Shown: positions 1 through 13,194, numbered from the stretch's first letter. The stretch is DNA of 64,000 nucleotides from Octopus sinensis (GCF_006345805.1 NW_021836138.1:124001-188000), one strand, 5' to 3'. A program made the numbers and translations. Notes: generated by a model from the sequence alone, not told the origin.

Positions 1-240
1 GGTGGCACATAAAAAGCAGTATTTGAGCATGGCCATTGCCAGCACCATCTGACTGGCCCTCATGCCGGTGGCACATAAAAGCACTCACTACACTCTTGGA
101 GTGGTTGGTGTTAGGAAGGGCATCCAGCTGGAGAAACTCTGCCAGATCTGATTGAAGCCTGGTGCAGCCATCTGGTTCACCGGACCTCAGTTAAATCGTC
201 CAACCCATGCTAGAATGGAAAGCAGACGTTAAACGATGAT
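1..240 (+). mobile_element. 3' part of RTE-tail SINE/LINE (family C), truncated by window edge
   Basis: ggtggcacataaaaagcac repeats, ggttggtgttaggaagggcatccagctg, aacccatgctagaatggaaagcagacgttaaacgatgat tail; same family at 4268-4665 and 8745-9027. Confidence 0.8.
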
Positions 241-470
241 CCTGAAGGAGCATAGGGCTGGTTTCTCAGTTATCCTGGTGTATATATTTCTCCCTTGATG
301 GGATGCCAGTCCAGCACAAGATCACAAATTTTTATCAGCTGAGTGGACTGGAGCAACATGAAAAGAAATGTTTTTACTCAAGAGCACGACACATCACTCA
401 GTTCAGGAATCGAAACCATGATTTAATGATTATGAATCCAGCACCCTAACAACTATGCCATGAACCTCCA
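241..470 (-). mobile_element. Old tRNA-derived SINE (family E)
   Basis: Minus strand begins tggaggttcatggcatagttgttagggtgctgg (A box) then ggtttcgattcctgaactg (B box); homologous to 5524-5765. Confidence 0.65.
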
Positions 471-516
471 CCAATTAGCTTATGGAGTAATATTTTAAAG
501 AAAACAGATCTTTATA

Positions 517-1082
517 TTGGGTTGTCCAGAAAGTTCGTGCCAATTTATAGTAGCTTACATTTTGACTTATTTTAGAACATGGTTGAGTCCATAAAATAGG
601 ATTTGACTACACCTCCATTTAGAGCACAGTTTAAGCTATCTTTTCGTAGAAGAAGGTTTATGTTTCTATAACCTGTGTTAATTCTGTAATCCTTTAAAAT
701 GGAAGATAATAAAGTTCATTTTCGGCACTTGATTCTTTGGGAACCAGACAAAAATTGCTGCAGCTTGGCTGGGATGTGTTACCCCACCCTCCATATTCAC
801 CAGATATTGCTCCTTCGGATTTTCCACTAATTCAGGTCTCTGCAGAATAGTCTTAATGGTAAAATTTCAATTCCTTGGATGACATATAAAGATACCTTGA
901 TGAATTCTTTGCCATGAAACCACCTGAATTCTGGGAAGAGGGTATTTTCAAGTTAAAGGAAAGATGGAGACACATTGTGCTACAAAATGGTTCATATTTG
1001 ATTGATTTAAAATGTAATGGCAAGTATTTACTGGCCTTTTTCTTTCCTTTAAAAATTGGCACGAACTTTCTGGACAACAGAA
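517..1082 (+). mobile_element. Internally deleted mariner (Tc1/mariner) transposon
   Basis: TIRs ttgggttgtccagaaagttcgtgccaattt / aaattggcacgaactttctggacaacagaa with TA on both sides. ATG at 699 (MEDNKVHFRHLILWE) joins directly to C-terminal transposase (RQKLLQLGWDVLPHPPYSPDIAPSDF...FFAMKPPEFWEEGIFKLKERWRHIV). Confidence 0.92.
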
Positions 1083-1493
1083 TAAAATAGATGAGCAATT
1101 GCAATGAAGATCAAAATAAGGATCTTGTTTTAAAATATATGCACAGAAGCTTCTGGTATTCAGTGGCCTTTCGTATCACTAGCTTTGGTAGATAAGCTAC
1201 TGGAAAACAAAAGCTCTCTGGAAGTTACATTTATAAACGTTCACACATAATTTTGAAGAAAAATTTTAGAATTACATTAATTTTTGAGAATTTTCTCTTT
1301 CAATTTTGAATTTGCCCACTATATATTGTGCATATCTCTATTCATCATCATCGTTTAACGTCCGCTTTCCATGCTAGCATGGGTTAAGATTTGAAATTAT
1401 TGCAATGATTTAACCCCCCAAATAGCCTTACATGCATTTTTGTTTTCAGAATACTATTCAAATATACATTGAATGTAATTATCACAGCCTCAA

Positions 1494-1670
1494 TCTCTCT
1501 CTCTCTCTCTCTTTCTCTCTTTCTCTCTCACTATTTATCTACCTAGCTACCTACCTACCTATTTATCTATCTATCTCTCTATCTCTCTATCTCTCTATCT
1601 ACCTATCTATCTACCTGTCTGTCTGTCTGTCTGTCATCTACCTATCTATCTACCTGTCTGTCTGTCTGTC
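1494..1670. repeat. Compound (TC)n/(TATC)n/(TGTC)n microsatellite
   Basis: Direct reading; explains ORF 1432-1896. Confidence 0.95.
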
Positions 1671-2154
1671 TTTTTCTATGTATGTTAATTTATCTATTTC
1701 TATACAAAAATACATATTCATACTATTAGAGTTATTGCTTCAATCTATACACATTAAATTTATAAACATTAAACTACCTCACAAATTGAAATTCTCTGAC
1801 CATGTTCTCTTTCTCATAAAACAACATCCCATCTTATTCTTCATTTCTTTTGCAAGAATTCAAATATCAAACCCAACACACTCAGTAACAAACTAAAAGA
1901 GTAAGCCCTACAGTGTGAACAACAAATGATAATTTTCATACTTTTATCTATTTTTTGCCTGTATTTCTTTATTAGAGTTGAATATTGCTGATGCTAAATT
2001 TTTTTCACTGGTGTTGAATAAATAACTAAAATATTATTGAAAACAGAACATCAACTAACAGCTGGAATAAATGTAATTTAAGACTGGATTGCTAAGTTAC
2101 ATAATATAATATAATTTATGCTTTCTGGATTACATATTGTGTATCTATAAACAG

Positions 2155-2246
2155 TGGTTTCAGAAAGCTTCAGAAAATTCTCAACAGCAGGATTCTCATG
2201 TATAATCATAGATTACAAAGATGTTGGCAATACTTTATGGAAAGAA
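2155..2246 (+). CDS. Candidate internal exon of unknown host gene (VSESFRKFSTAGFSCIIIDYKDVGNTLWKE)
   Basis: ataaacag acceptor, GAA/gtgagc donor, open frame in non-repeat DNA; no homology recognised. Confidence 0.2.
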
Positions 2247-2400
2247 GTGAGCTGATGTATGCTCATAAGTAGTTGTTGCTGTTCAACTCAAAGTCAACTC
2301 GGACCAAGCAGATATGATCAAAGGTATTTCAGCTTTGCAACTGAATCTTTCCACATAAGCAGTTTGTCTATCTAAGCTTGAGTTTTTCTATCTCTCTTTC

Positions 2401-2864
2401 TCTCTTTTACTCTTTTGCTCTTTTACTTGTTTCAGTCATTTGACTGTGGTCTTCAGTCGAGCAAATCGACCCCAGGACTTATTCTTTGTAAGCCTAGTAC
2501 TTATTCTCTTGGTCTCTTTTGCTGAACCACTAAGTTACAGGGACATAAACACACCAGCATCGGTTGTCAAGCAATGTTGGGGAGAAAAACACAGACACAC
2601 AAACATATTCACACATACATATATATATATATATATATACAACCCATGCTAGCATGGAGAATGGACGTTAAACGATGATGATGATGATGATAATGATATA
2701 CGATGGTCTTCTTTCAGTTTCTGTCTACCAAATCAACTCACAAGGCTTTGGTCAGCCCAAGGTTATAGTAGAAGACACTTGCGCAAGGTGCCACACAGTG
2801 GAACTGAACCCAGAACCATGTGGTTCGTAAGCAAGCTACTTACCACACAGCCACACCTATGCCT
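2401..2864 (-). mobile_element. tRNA-derived SINE family A with internal microsatellite
   Basis: Head ggagtggctgtgtggtaagtagcttgc, core ggcaccttgcgcaagtgtcttctactataa, tail cagtcaaatgactgaaacaagtaaaagag; a family C tail fragment is inserted at 2641-2697. Confidence 0.9.
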
Positions 2865-3490
2865 ATTACAGCCACTCCTATGCCTATGAATTTCTCTATG
2901 AATTTCTCTTGTTATATATATATATATCTTTTTAATTCAATATTAGTTATCTTTAGCAAATGCAGAAATTCTCCTTTAAAGCATCTACAACTAGATTCCC
3001 TCTCTTTGGATAGTATTATATTTCATATGATATTTCTAATGGTACAGTTTAGCACTTTTAATTGTAGACTTAGATCAGTTTTCAAACTGGAAAGCCAATG
3101 TATCTTGGTCTGTTGCTATTTAGAATTTTTGTGCTGATAAGTAACATCAGATTTTTTACAACTTTATTTACTATTGCAAGGGTATTATTATTCACTTTAT
3201 ATGATCTATGTGAACAGAACAAATTGGTTGGCTACTTTGCATATTAAGACTGACCAATTGATGATATAGTCACATCTGTTTTATGTTCAGGTAATGAACC
3301 TGGTGTCTGAACAGATAATGAAACTGCTGCAACAATCTCAGTCATTTTTATAATTGCATTAAGTATTTGGCGAATAATAGAAAACATTGATATTGCTTAA
3401 CTTCAAACAAAAGTGTTGCAATTTTAGCAAATTTTTCTTCATTTTATATAATATACAATTAATCCTATTAATATACAATTAATCCTATAT

Positions 3491-3738
3491 AGGTGCGAGA
3501 GTGGCTGTGTGTTAAGTGGCTTGCTTCCCAACCACATTGTTCTGGGTTCAGTCCCGCTGCGTGGCACCTTGGGCAAGTGTATTCTACCATAGCCTCTGGT
3601 CAACCAAAGCCTTGTGAGTGGATTTGGTAGATGGAAACTGAAAGAAGCCCGTCGTATATATGTACATGTATATATATATGTGCGTGTGTGTTTGTATGCC
3701 TGTGTTTGTCCCCCCCCCCCGCCCAACATCACTTGAAC
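3491..3738 (+). mobile_element. SINE family A, 5' half
   Basis: gagtggctgtgtgttaagtggcttgc...ggcaccttgggcaagtg...ggaaactgaaagaagcccgtcg then TA/TG tract. Confidence 0.88.
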
Positions 3739-3965
3739 CGATATCTAAAAATATCGCCTAGAAACAACAAATCAGTTTCAGTGGCTTCATATTTTTTTGC
3801 ATTTCAGTGGGAGATCAATGTCTTAACCATAGATAAGAAGGCATGCAAATCTTCAACTTGGATGATTCTATTTTTGCAGTCCTCAGTCAAATCGACCAAC
3901 CCAAGCTAGCATGGAAAGTGGATGTTAAAGGATGATGATAATGATGATTATATATATACACACAC

Positions 3966-4284
3966 TGTGCTTGAGGAGACCTGTGCTTGAGGAGACCCTG
4001 TGCTTGAGGAGACCCTGTGCTTGAGGAGACCCTGTGCTTGAGGAGACCCTGTGCTTGAGGAGACCCTGTGCTTGAGGAGACCCTGTGCTTGAGGAGACCC
4101 TGTGCTTGAGGAGACCCTGTGCTTGAGGAGACCTGTGCTTGAGGAGACCCTGTGCTGAGGAGACCCTGTGCTTGAGGAGACCCTGTGCTTGAGGAGACCT
4201 TGTGCTTGAGGAGACCCTGTGCTTGAGGAGACCCTGTGCTTGAGGAGACCTTGTGCTTGAGGAGACCCTGTGCTTGAGGAGACC
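3966..4284 (+). repeat. 17-bp minisatellite (tgtgcttgaggagaccc) x about 19
   Basis: Near-identical head-to-tail units without spacers; the last unit runs into the 5' end of the family C element. Confidence 0.97.
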
Positions 4285-4665
4285 TATTGAGTCAAGTACA
4301 TCAACATCAAAAAATCAAATGGGAATTGTAGTTGTGATACTTGTGCCGGTGGCACGTAAGAAGCACCATCCAAATGTGGCTGATGCCAGCGCCGCCTTGA
4401 CTGGCTTCCATGCTGGTGGCACATAAAAAGCACCAACTGATTGCGGCCATTGCCAACCTTGCCTGGTACCTGTGCTGGTGGCATGTAAAAAGCACCCACT
4501 ACACTCATGGAGTGGTTGGCATTAGGAAGGGCATCCAGCTGTAGAAACACTGCCAGATCAGACGGGAGCCTGGTGCAGCCTTCTGGCTTCCCAGACCCCG
4601 GTCGAACCGTCCAACCCATGCTAGCATGGAAAACGAACGTTAAACGATGATGATGATGATGATGA
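4268..4665 (+). mobile_element. RTE-tail element (family C) with (GAT)n tail
   Basis: Three internal ggtggcacgtaaaaagcacc repeats, ggcattaggaagggcatccagctgtagaaac, ends gttaaacgatgatgatg. Confidence 0.85.
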
Positions 4666-5523
4666 TCACAGAGCATCAGAATAATGAACTCCATTTAAGT
4701 CTTTGATAATTTCTCTCATTGCTCCTGATAAACATTGCCTATCTAAGAGACATTCACATAAAATGTCACGATTCCTTATTTGCATCAAAGGCTATTAAAT
4801 GTTACTCTGGGATGACTAAAGAAATAGACAGAATGTAAAACAAGTTCAACTGAGGGGTATTGAGAATTTCTATGAATTCAGCTTCATGAGTCACTAATGA
4901 GTAGGTGAGAAATGCATTTAGCTATGTGTATCTGCAGAGTCCATCACTTTTGTTGACTACAGTTTGAGGATGTTATGGTAACAGTAAAAATCTATAGTTA
5001 TTTCCTAAAACTGAAGATCCTTAATTTCAAATTTAATAAATTTACATTGCCTAAAGAAAAATCCCATTTGGAGCAATATAACGGCATTACTTTCACAAAA
5101 ATTCCTGAGCATATTCTAAGTTTTGAAGATTTTCTAAACATGTTATTATCTTTCAGATTAACACATGTAATGAATGCAGTTAAAGGAAAGAGTTTACCTT
5201 TAAATTCAAATATGAATTTTATTGCATTGTGATAAAGCAGTATTTCATACAGTGACAAACTAAGAGAATAAGCCCTACAGTGTGAACAACAAATGGAAGT
5301 ATTCCTAAGGTGGCAGAATCACATATTCAAGACAACAAAATTTCTGGTTGCCATTTTCTCTTTTAGTATTACAAATCATACAAATCATCTTTCCAGTTAT
5401 ATGAAGTTTGGTTCCATGAATAGATGGTGCTTTATGAGATAATTTGGAGTATGGTTTAATATCAAGCTCTTTTATATCTTTATGAAACAAAGACAGTTCA
5501 GTTCAAGATAAATGAATAAATAA

Positions 5524-5765
5524 ATGCACCCTTTTAAAGCCTGGCCAGGCTCATGGGCCCGGTTTCCCAGTTTCTATGGCACATATGTTCCCCAGCTGGA
5601 TAGGACGCCAGTCCATCGCAGTGTTACTCATTTTTGCCAGCTGAGTGTACCGGAGCAATGTGAAATGAAGTGTTTTGCTCAAGAACACAACGCGTTGCCT
5701 GGTCCAGGAATCAAAACCATAATCTTACAATCATGATGCTGACACCCTAACCACTAAGCTTCCAC
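5524..5765 (-). mobile_element. tRNA-derived SINE family E
   Basis: Minus: gcttagtggttagggtgtcagc A box, ggttttgattcctggacc B box, ttgtgttcttgagcaaaacacttc core, gaaactgggaaaccgggcccatgagcc tail. Confidence 0.85.
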
Positions 5766-5964
5766 TCAGTTCAAGATACTTTCAATAAACTACAATTGAC
5801 TGTGTCCATTTACTGTGGAAAAAAGGAATGCCCACTTAGGGTTTTAGCAGGTACTGTTGGTCTTTAATACACCTTAGCAAATGGTTTCTAACATACCGAT
5901 GCAAAATATCAGTTATTTTAAGACATTGTTTATCAAAAACAGAGCATTTCCTACAACCATGTAA

Positions 5965-6262
5965 AAAAGAGTAAAGACCCCCTTCGGTCATGAATGACCA
6001 TGGGATTGCACCTACAAAGTTCCCCCTCCAAGGCACAAGTCCAAGCAAGGTTGTTTTTGTGGAAGGCCAGCAGATATTATCCAAGGGAAAAGCAAAGGCT
6101 GATACAGCTTGACACCAGTGACATTGCAACTCATTTCTGTGAACTGGAGTAATGTAAGCTAAAGTGTCTTGCTCAAGAACACAACACAGCCTGGTCCAGG
6201 AATCAAATTCACTACCCCATGATTGTGAGCTCAACACTCTAACCACTGAGTCATGTACCTTC
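5965..6262 (-). mobile_element. tRNA-derived SINE family F
   Basis: Minus: gactcagtggttagagtg A box, gaatttgattcctggacc B box, gtgttcttgagcaagacac core, tail cccatggtcattcatgaccgaagggggtc. Confidence 0.8.
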
Positions 6263-6568
6263 ACACAAAATGTAAGGGCTACCAAAAAACAAGTCCCTGA
6301 TATAGAACATAGGGCTGAGGGTATTTATAGTTGTGTCTTCCATGACACTAATAGTGGGTCTTTCCACCAGAACTGATGAAATACCCATCCTGCAAAGTAA
6401 AGGTTTACTCAACTTTATCAAACAAAACAATGCCACAGCAAACTGAGTTTTTATCAGTTTTCTTGTTTGGTTATTAATAGAAAGGAGCTTTAACAGCCTC
6501 TTTCAAAAATGATATCAGAAACTTACAATATTTTGATATTCATCTGAGGCAACTGATTAAGTTTTCAC

Positions 6569-6968
6569 AGGCGTAGGAGTGGCTGTGTGGTAAGTAGCTT
6601 GCATACCAACCACATGGTTCCGGGTTCAGTCCCACTGCGTGGCACTTTGGGCAAGTGTCTTCTACTATAGCCTCGGGCCGACCAAAGCCTTGTGAGTGAA
6701 TTTGGTAGACGGAAACTGAAAGAATCCCGTCGTATATATGTATATGTGTATATATGTATATATATGTGTGTGTTTGTCCCCCCCCCCCCAACATCGCTTG
6801 ACAACCGATGCTGGTGTGTTTACGCCCCCGTGACTTAGCGGTTCAGCAAAAGGGACCGATAGAATAAGGACTAGGCTTACAAACAATAAGTCCTGGGATC
6901 GATTTGCTCGGCTAAAGGCGGTGCTCCAGCATGGCCACAGTCAAATGACTGAAACAAGTAAAAGAGTA
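6569..6968 (+). mobile_element. SINE family A, full length
   Basis: Complete head, core, internal (TA/TG)n and gaaacaagtaaaagag tail. Confidence 0.92.
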
Positions 6969-8744
6969 ATAGGTTGTGTAAACAATTGTTTCAATGTATA
7001 TGGTCGTATTCATTCACTGAATATGTTTTTGTTCCCAATAACTTCTGATGAGATAGAACAATATTTTCTCTTGAATAGTAATGCTATTTTCGGTTATCTG
7101 CTCATGTAATTTCAACCCATACTTTTAAATTGGAATGCTGCTGTATCTCCCAGCTTTAATACAAACAAATCCAATTTATCATTTGGCTTCATCAATCTAA
7201 CATATCTTTGAAACTAAATAATAGATTTACCAAAGGCCTTTGCAGAATTATGCTTTAACACAAGAGGTTTGATTCTTAATAATGATATATTTGATTATAG
7301 TTATTTCTAAAGTATGGAAAGTGTTGTAATTTGTAATTTTAAGGAGTCAATATCTACCCATAGGCATATATCACACTTCAGAAGTTGTTCGCTAATGGAG
7401 TAGTTTATCCATCTTTTTCATATAAATGGAAAACGTCACAATAAGCAAGTACGCATGAACACGGATCTTGTAAGCTCACATAATAATTCTTGCTGTTAGT
7501 AATTAACATAACACTATAAGACAGTTATAGACTATCCAAGACTACAATTTTTATGTCATTATATTTCTTTCGACCAATTTATCTTTATCTTCCACAATCT
7601 TTTAGTTTGAAGCAAAAACAATAAAGTTTAAATAACTGACATATTATATATATATATACATATATATATGTATACCACAATTAGATTTTAGCTTATTTTG
7701 GTACGTTCATATACATCTACTAAATCTTTTTGGCTTTTCTCAGAGAAACAAAGAGTACATTTCACTGCTGAATATTCTGTATGATTTCCAATGTTATTCA
7801 TTTTTATTAATATTTATTTATAAGTAGAGCAAACAAACAATAAAACAAACTAAAACAAAACAAAAATAATGAAAGAACAAAAATTGGAGGCATAATATCA
7901 TAGATTCAATTGTGTCTAATTGTCTTCAGTAAAGCTGTAAATGAAGTAATTATTGACAGAAATAGTTATCTGAATATTTATTAATACATAACTCCCTATT
8001 CTGCTAAGCTGCTAAAATTCTAACAATTTTCATGGCTGATCACTAATTCACTCTAACAGTAATCAAGTTATTCAATTTAGTCAGCAGCCTGTCAGAAAAG
8101 TCTAGAATTTGTGAATATTAACAGTTCGAACATTATATATTTATGTTACTTTTGCTCTTATTGGAGAGAACTTTGGGGCAAAATCAAGAATTCTTTGATG
8201 CTCTGCAAATTAGAACAGTGACACATTGCAATGCTGTTACAAATATTATTGCTTATATATGCAATACTCAGTGCATTTCTCCTCTAATTAAGTGAAAAAT
8301 AATTAAAAGTTGTTAATCTCAATGAATAATTTCATCTATTTATTGTTATTCATAAATCTGATATGATAAAATATATATGAACGTATATCTTTGTGTTAGT
8401 GTGTGTGAATGTGTGTGAGTGTGTGTGCATATGCTTGTGTGTGTGTGTATGCTTTTTTTTGCATGAGTACACATATTTGTGCATGCCTGTGCATGTCTGT
8501 GTATGCATGCATGTATGTGTGCATTAGAATGTGTGAATATGAGTGCTTTTGTTTATAAATGTGTCTTTGCAAACAGCATAAAATAGTTGTGAATGCATGG
8601 AGATTTTATTCAATATTACTATTAAGAATATTATCCGTTGATTGAAAACTGCGTCTTTGGATTCCTGCTGATAAAACGGTTATTGTTAAACCAGACAGAT
8701 CATCTACATAATTGAAAGCAGAGGAACCAACTATTTATGTTGAA

Positions 8745-9027
8745 GCCAGTGCCGCCTCGACTGGCTTCCATGCCGGTGGCACGTAAAATGCACCAATCCG
8801 ACCGTGGCCGATGCCAGCCTCGCCTGGCACCTGTGCAGGTGGCACGTAAAAAGCACCCACTACACTCACGGAGTGGTTGGCGTTAGGAAGGGCATCCAGC
8901 TGTAGAAACATTGCCAGATAAGACTGGAGCCTGGTGCAGCCTTCTGGCTTCCCAGATCCCCGGTTGAACCGTCCAACCCATGCTGGCATGGAGAACGGAC
9001 GTTAAACGATGATGATGATGATGATGA
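8745..9027 (+). mobile_element. RTE-tail element (family C)
   Basis: High similarity to 4380-4665; (GAT)n tail. Confidence 0.88.
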
Positions 9028-9845
9028 TATGAAGGTAGGAAAGTAGCTGAACATTTAGGAATAGCTTACAGAGCTGTAAAAGATACCAGGTGATGTAGGA
9101 CATACACTGGACACTCAGTCAAGTAATACAAGGAGTATTTATACCAAATGACCAGCATAGGAATATGATCACCATTAATTGCTAATAGAGTAATAAATTT
9201 TCAGGAAAGATGCTGCTACAAAGGCCTAAAATTGATGGTTTAGTGTACGAAGAGTTATAGCACAACTGATTAGGAATTTAATTTGTGTAGATGTGATGAA
9301 GTAAATTTGTGCTTCAATGGGGTACTACTGATATACTGTGGGAAACTATAGAGGTTCTGATAGTGAGCCACTATATCAGGAATTCATCAACAGAAAGACC
9401 TTCAACAGAATACCAGACTTTAAAGTCTAGCAGCTACAAAGAAATCCATGTGTAGGTGAATGGTTTGTAAAAACTCATCCAGTTATGGGCAGTTCAATTT
9501 TCAGTCATCTCCATCTTATTATAGGTTTTCAGACTACAACAAAAGAATTTAAAACTAGCTTTTTTTTTATAGTAACTCATCTGTTCCATGTCCCAGGAAA
9601 AACTGAAGACATAGGAAAGAAATTCCAGACTTGGCAGTAAAACTAGTGAAAAACAAATTAAACCTAGTAAAGACAAAAATTTCAGTGATGAAACTAGGAT
9701 CTACTTTTATCAGAAAAGTGGTCTGGCTCAATACACAGAAAGGGAGGTGATAGGTATTTATATAGTGTATTAATTGTAATATGAGTGCACAAATAATGCA
9801 GAGTGATCACAGAACAGCTGAAAAAAGGTGGGGAAAAAGAGACTT

Positions 9846-10288
9846 CACTTCATGGTATATGCACAGAAATAGTCAAAAGTATAAATACCCATGAAATGAT
9901 ACTTTTAAAGGCTTAGAATGCACCCCAGAAATAGTGGGTAAGATTCTGTCATCTAAGACTTAATTAGCAATGAAGGTGTTCTTCCCAAACAACAGCTAGA
10001 ATAAAATGAGGTGCAGGAAAAACTTCAGGGAATGATTAATTCTGTTGGCTAAATAGGGGTTTTATTTCTGATTGAAAAGTTGGGTTCTTGCAAATTAGGT
10101 GCACCAATGCATAGTAGGTGCACCATGCATACACTCATGCACGAGAACATATTTACATGCATATATATTTTCTTAACACTATTTTGTGTTACATGCACAC
10201 TATTTCTGGGGTGCATTCTAAGCCTTTAAAAGTATCGTTTCATGAGTATTTATACTTTTGACTATTTCTGTATATATACCATGACGTG
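9846..10288. mobile_element. MITE-like element with about 91-bp terminal inverted repeats
   Basis: 9846-9936 and 10198-10288 are reverse complements with about 5 mismatches around a 260-bp non-coding spacer. Confidence 0.75.
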
Positions 10289-10919
10289 GATGTGCAAAAG
10301 CTTGGAAGAAAGGAAGTAATCATGCTTTGTTGGATATATAATGTCTTTGTACAGTATGATATAGCACAAATGAACTAAGAAAAGTACTATGTGTAAGCAG
10401 AAATAGATGCAGTATGCAATCTTTCACACAAATGTTATATGTATGGAATTTCAAAGTAAGAGAAATATGTGCCAAACAACTGAGGAGAAAAAATCATATG
10501 GAAGTGACAAGAGAAACAAGGGAAAGGTGAGAGAATGAAAATTTGAGCAATTGAGACAAATGGTGAGAACTAAGGAAGACATGTCCAACCTCTGTCAGTA
10601 AGGGAATGTAGTCACAAAATAAGGATAATAGAATATATTTGTATGTATGTAATACAAAATAGTGTTAGGGAAATATATATATGTATGTAAATGTGTTATT
10701 GTGCATAATAATAACAACAACAACAACAATAATAATAAAAGAAACATAAAACAAACATTTTTTTTTAGACATCTACTAGTACAACAAAAAAAAAAGAACC
10801 AAATATATGGCACACTAGGCATAACAACAACGTGAACTTCCAACCTGTTGTCTCTTGAGGTCTCTGGGTGAGACTTGGAGCCAACTTGTACAAATATAAA
10901 ACAAAAGTCAAACATAGAA

Positions 10920-11290
10920 TAATAATAATAATAATAATGAAATTATTGTATACAGTGCTCAGGTGCACCACAACTTGTCAAAAGTGCATATAAAGCATAT
11001 GCAGTAATGTACAAATGTCTGGGAAGTGAACAGTGTATGAGTCAGATACATGCTTGTGCATGTATGGAGGGGAGAAAATCAGGTGTAGTGTTGGCAAATC
11101 TCAGGAAGCATGGAAGTTTTGAAGGATGCAGTGCTCCAACAACTAACAACTGATGCCGGCAGTTTGTTCCATGCTTCAGCAATTCTAAGCGTGAAAAAAT
11201 GTTTCCGAAAGTCATGGAAGCTGTGCTGTTTTCTGACTTTGTAGTGTATATAATATGGCTGTACATATGCACACACTTAAGCAAACAGAG
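10920..11290 (-). mobile_element. CR1-type LINE 3' fragment
   Basis: YKVRKQHSFHDFRKHFFTLRIAEAWNKLPASVVSC is a typical CR1 RT C-terminus; 3' UTR ends in (ATT)n. Confidence 0.85.
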
Positions 11291-11733
11291 CTCCAGTAAG
11301 CTCCACTCTTGGCATGCAGCTATTGAGGAAAACAGCAGTTACAGCTAGGATAGAACCTCACCATTATTTTGACAATCCAGGAATCACAATGGTGGAAAGA
11401 CTGTATAAAAACCTTACCAGATAAGAGAAGTGAGAGTATAGTTGTTCATTCTATTTATTGAAAGCTATTTCATAATTTACGTTACTTACATTAGTGACAC
11501 TACATCATCCACCACACACACAACAAGCACACACACACACAGACACACACATGTAATTAACATATCAGAACATGTATATTTATACATATATAATGATTAA
11601 TATGTGTGGTAGCTGATATAGTGTTGCTTATGTAACTAACACAGATTATGAAATAGATGTCAACAAATGGAATAAACATGTATCCTCTCATTTCTCATAT
11701 ATATGTATATATATATACATATATATATATATT

Positions 11734-11922
11734 CTTTTACTTGTTTCAGTCATTGGACTGTGGCCATGCTAGAGCACTGCCTTTTGTCGAGCAGGACTTA
11801 TTCTTTGTAAGCCTAGTACTTATTCTAGTGGTCTCTTTGCCGAGACATAAACACACCAGCATCGGTTGTCAAGTGATGTTGGGGGGGGACCAACATAGAC
11901 GCACAAACATATACACACACAC

Positions 11923-11971
<49 letters not shown>

Positions 11972-12140
11972 TACGACGGGCTTCTTTCAGTTTCTCTCTA
12001 CCAAATCCACTCACAAGGCTTTGGTCAGCCCGAGGCCATAGTAGAAGACGCTTGGCCAAGGTGCCACACAATGGGACTGAACCCGGAACTATGTCGTTGG
12101 GAAGCAAGCTACTTACCACACAGCCACTACTACACCTACG
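11734..12140 (-). mobile_element. SINE family A, full length
   Basis: Head, core, internal (TA)n and tail all present. Confidence 0.9.
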
Positions 12141-12756
12141 TATATATATATATATATATATATACACAGTAGAATAGCACTCAATTGCCTAAGAAAGTAA
12201 AGAGATAATGTCATAATAAAATCCACAAGTCTTAAGGGTTGCAGTTTTTCTTTTAACATTTTACACACACACAAACACATAATTATTATCATCATCGTCA
12301 TTTGACATCTTTTGTCCATGCAGGCATGAGATGGACAGTTTGACACAAGAGCTGGCTAGTCAGAGAGCTGCACCAGACTCCAGGCTGGCACTGGCTCAGT
12401 ACTCTTGTAGGCCAGTTGTCTTCACTAGGGTGAGTGGCCTCATCACTTCTGCTGTGGAGTATGAGTCATGTGTGTGTGTGTGTGTGTGTGTGTATACACA
12501 TACATTATTTATCAGATGACTTTCATTACATCTAAAAAGAGATCTTTCTTATTCACATTTTGTGAATGTCACATTCATCTAGAAAAATTGATGTCATCAG
12601 CCAGTGTCTGATGACCCAGTTACATGGGTGTTTCATACATGAAACCCAGAACCATTAACACTAACCGCTTGTTGGTCAGTCATCAGCAGTGGTGGCAAAT
12701 AACTGCTTATTATCCCTTCTTGACTTCCATGTCCTAGAAAATCATGCACAGTGATT

Positions 12757-13061
12757 TGTTGTTTGTTCCTTCTTCAGCCATGCTTGGCTCATAGAGCCGG
12801 TTTCCCAGTTTCCTTGGATGTATAGGTTCCCCACATGGAAGGAACACCAGTCTGTCGTAGATGAGCTGCAAGATGCAGGAGGAAAAAGTGAGAGAAAGTT
12901 GTGGTGAAAAAGTCAGCAGAAGTTCGCCATTACCTTCTGCCAGAGCCGTGTGGAGCTTAGGTGTTTCGCTCATAAACACACACATTGCCCGGTTTAAGAT
13001 TCAAACCCGCAATCCCTTGACCATGAGTCTGCTGCTCTAACCACTAGGCCATGCGCCTCCA
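12757..13061 (-). mobile_element. tRNA-derived SINE family D
   Basis: Minus: tggaggcgcatggcctagtggttagagcagcagactc, ggtttgaatcttaaaccggg, gagcgaaacacctaagctccac; homologous to 24490-24792. Confidence 0.88.
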
Positions 13062-13194
13062 CTGCACAGTGATTTGCTTATATCTATATCTATCTAGCAA
13101 TTGCCTTATGGAAGACTTAAGTTAGCCATCCAGAAACACCCAAAGATTGTCAGCTTCACTAAACCATTTATTTGTGATATGAAATATATATAAC

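Noticed and set aside
2430-2460. SINE A tail (agtc-aaat-gact-gaaac) preceded by ctgaaga on the minus strand
   Set aside because: The core arises from a copy-specific deletion; the family consensus lacks it and stems I and III are missing
3966-4284. CRISPR-like array
   Set aside because: No spacers, no cas genes, eukaryotic context; plain minisatellite
10355-10392. 38-nt segment with strong acceptor and donor
   Set aside because: Stops in all three frames; shows such sites arise by chance here
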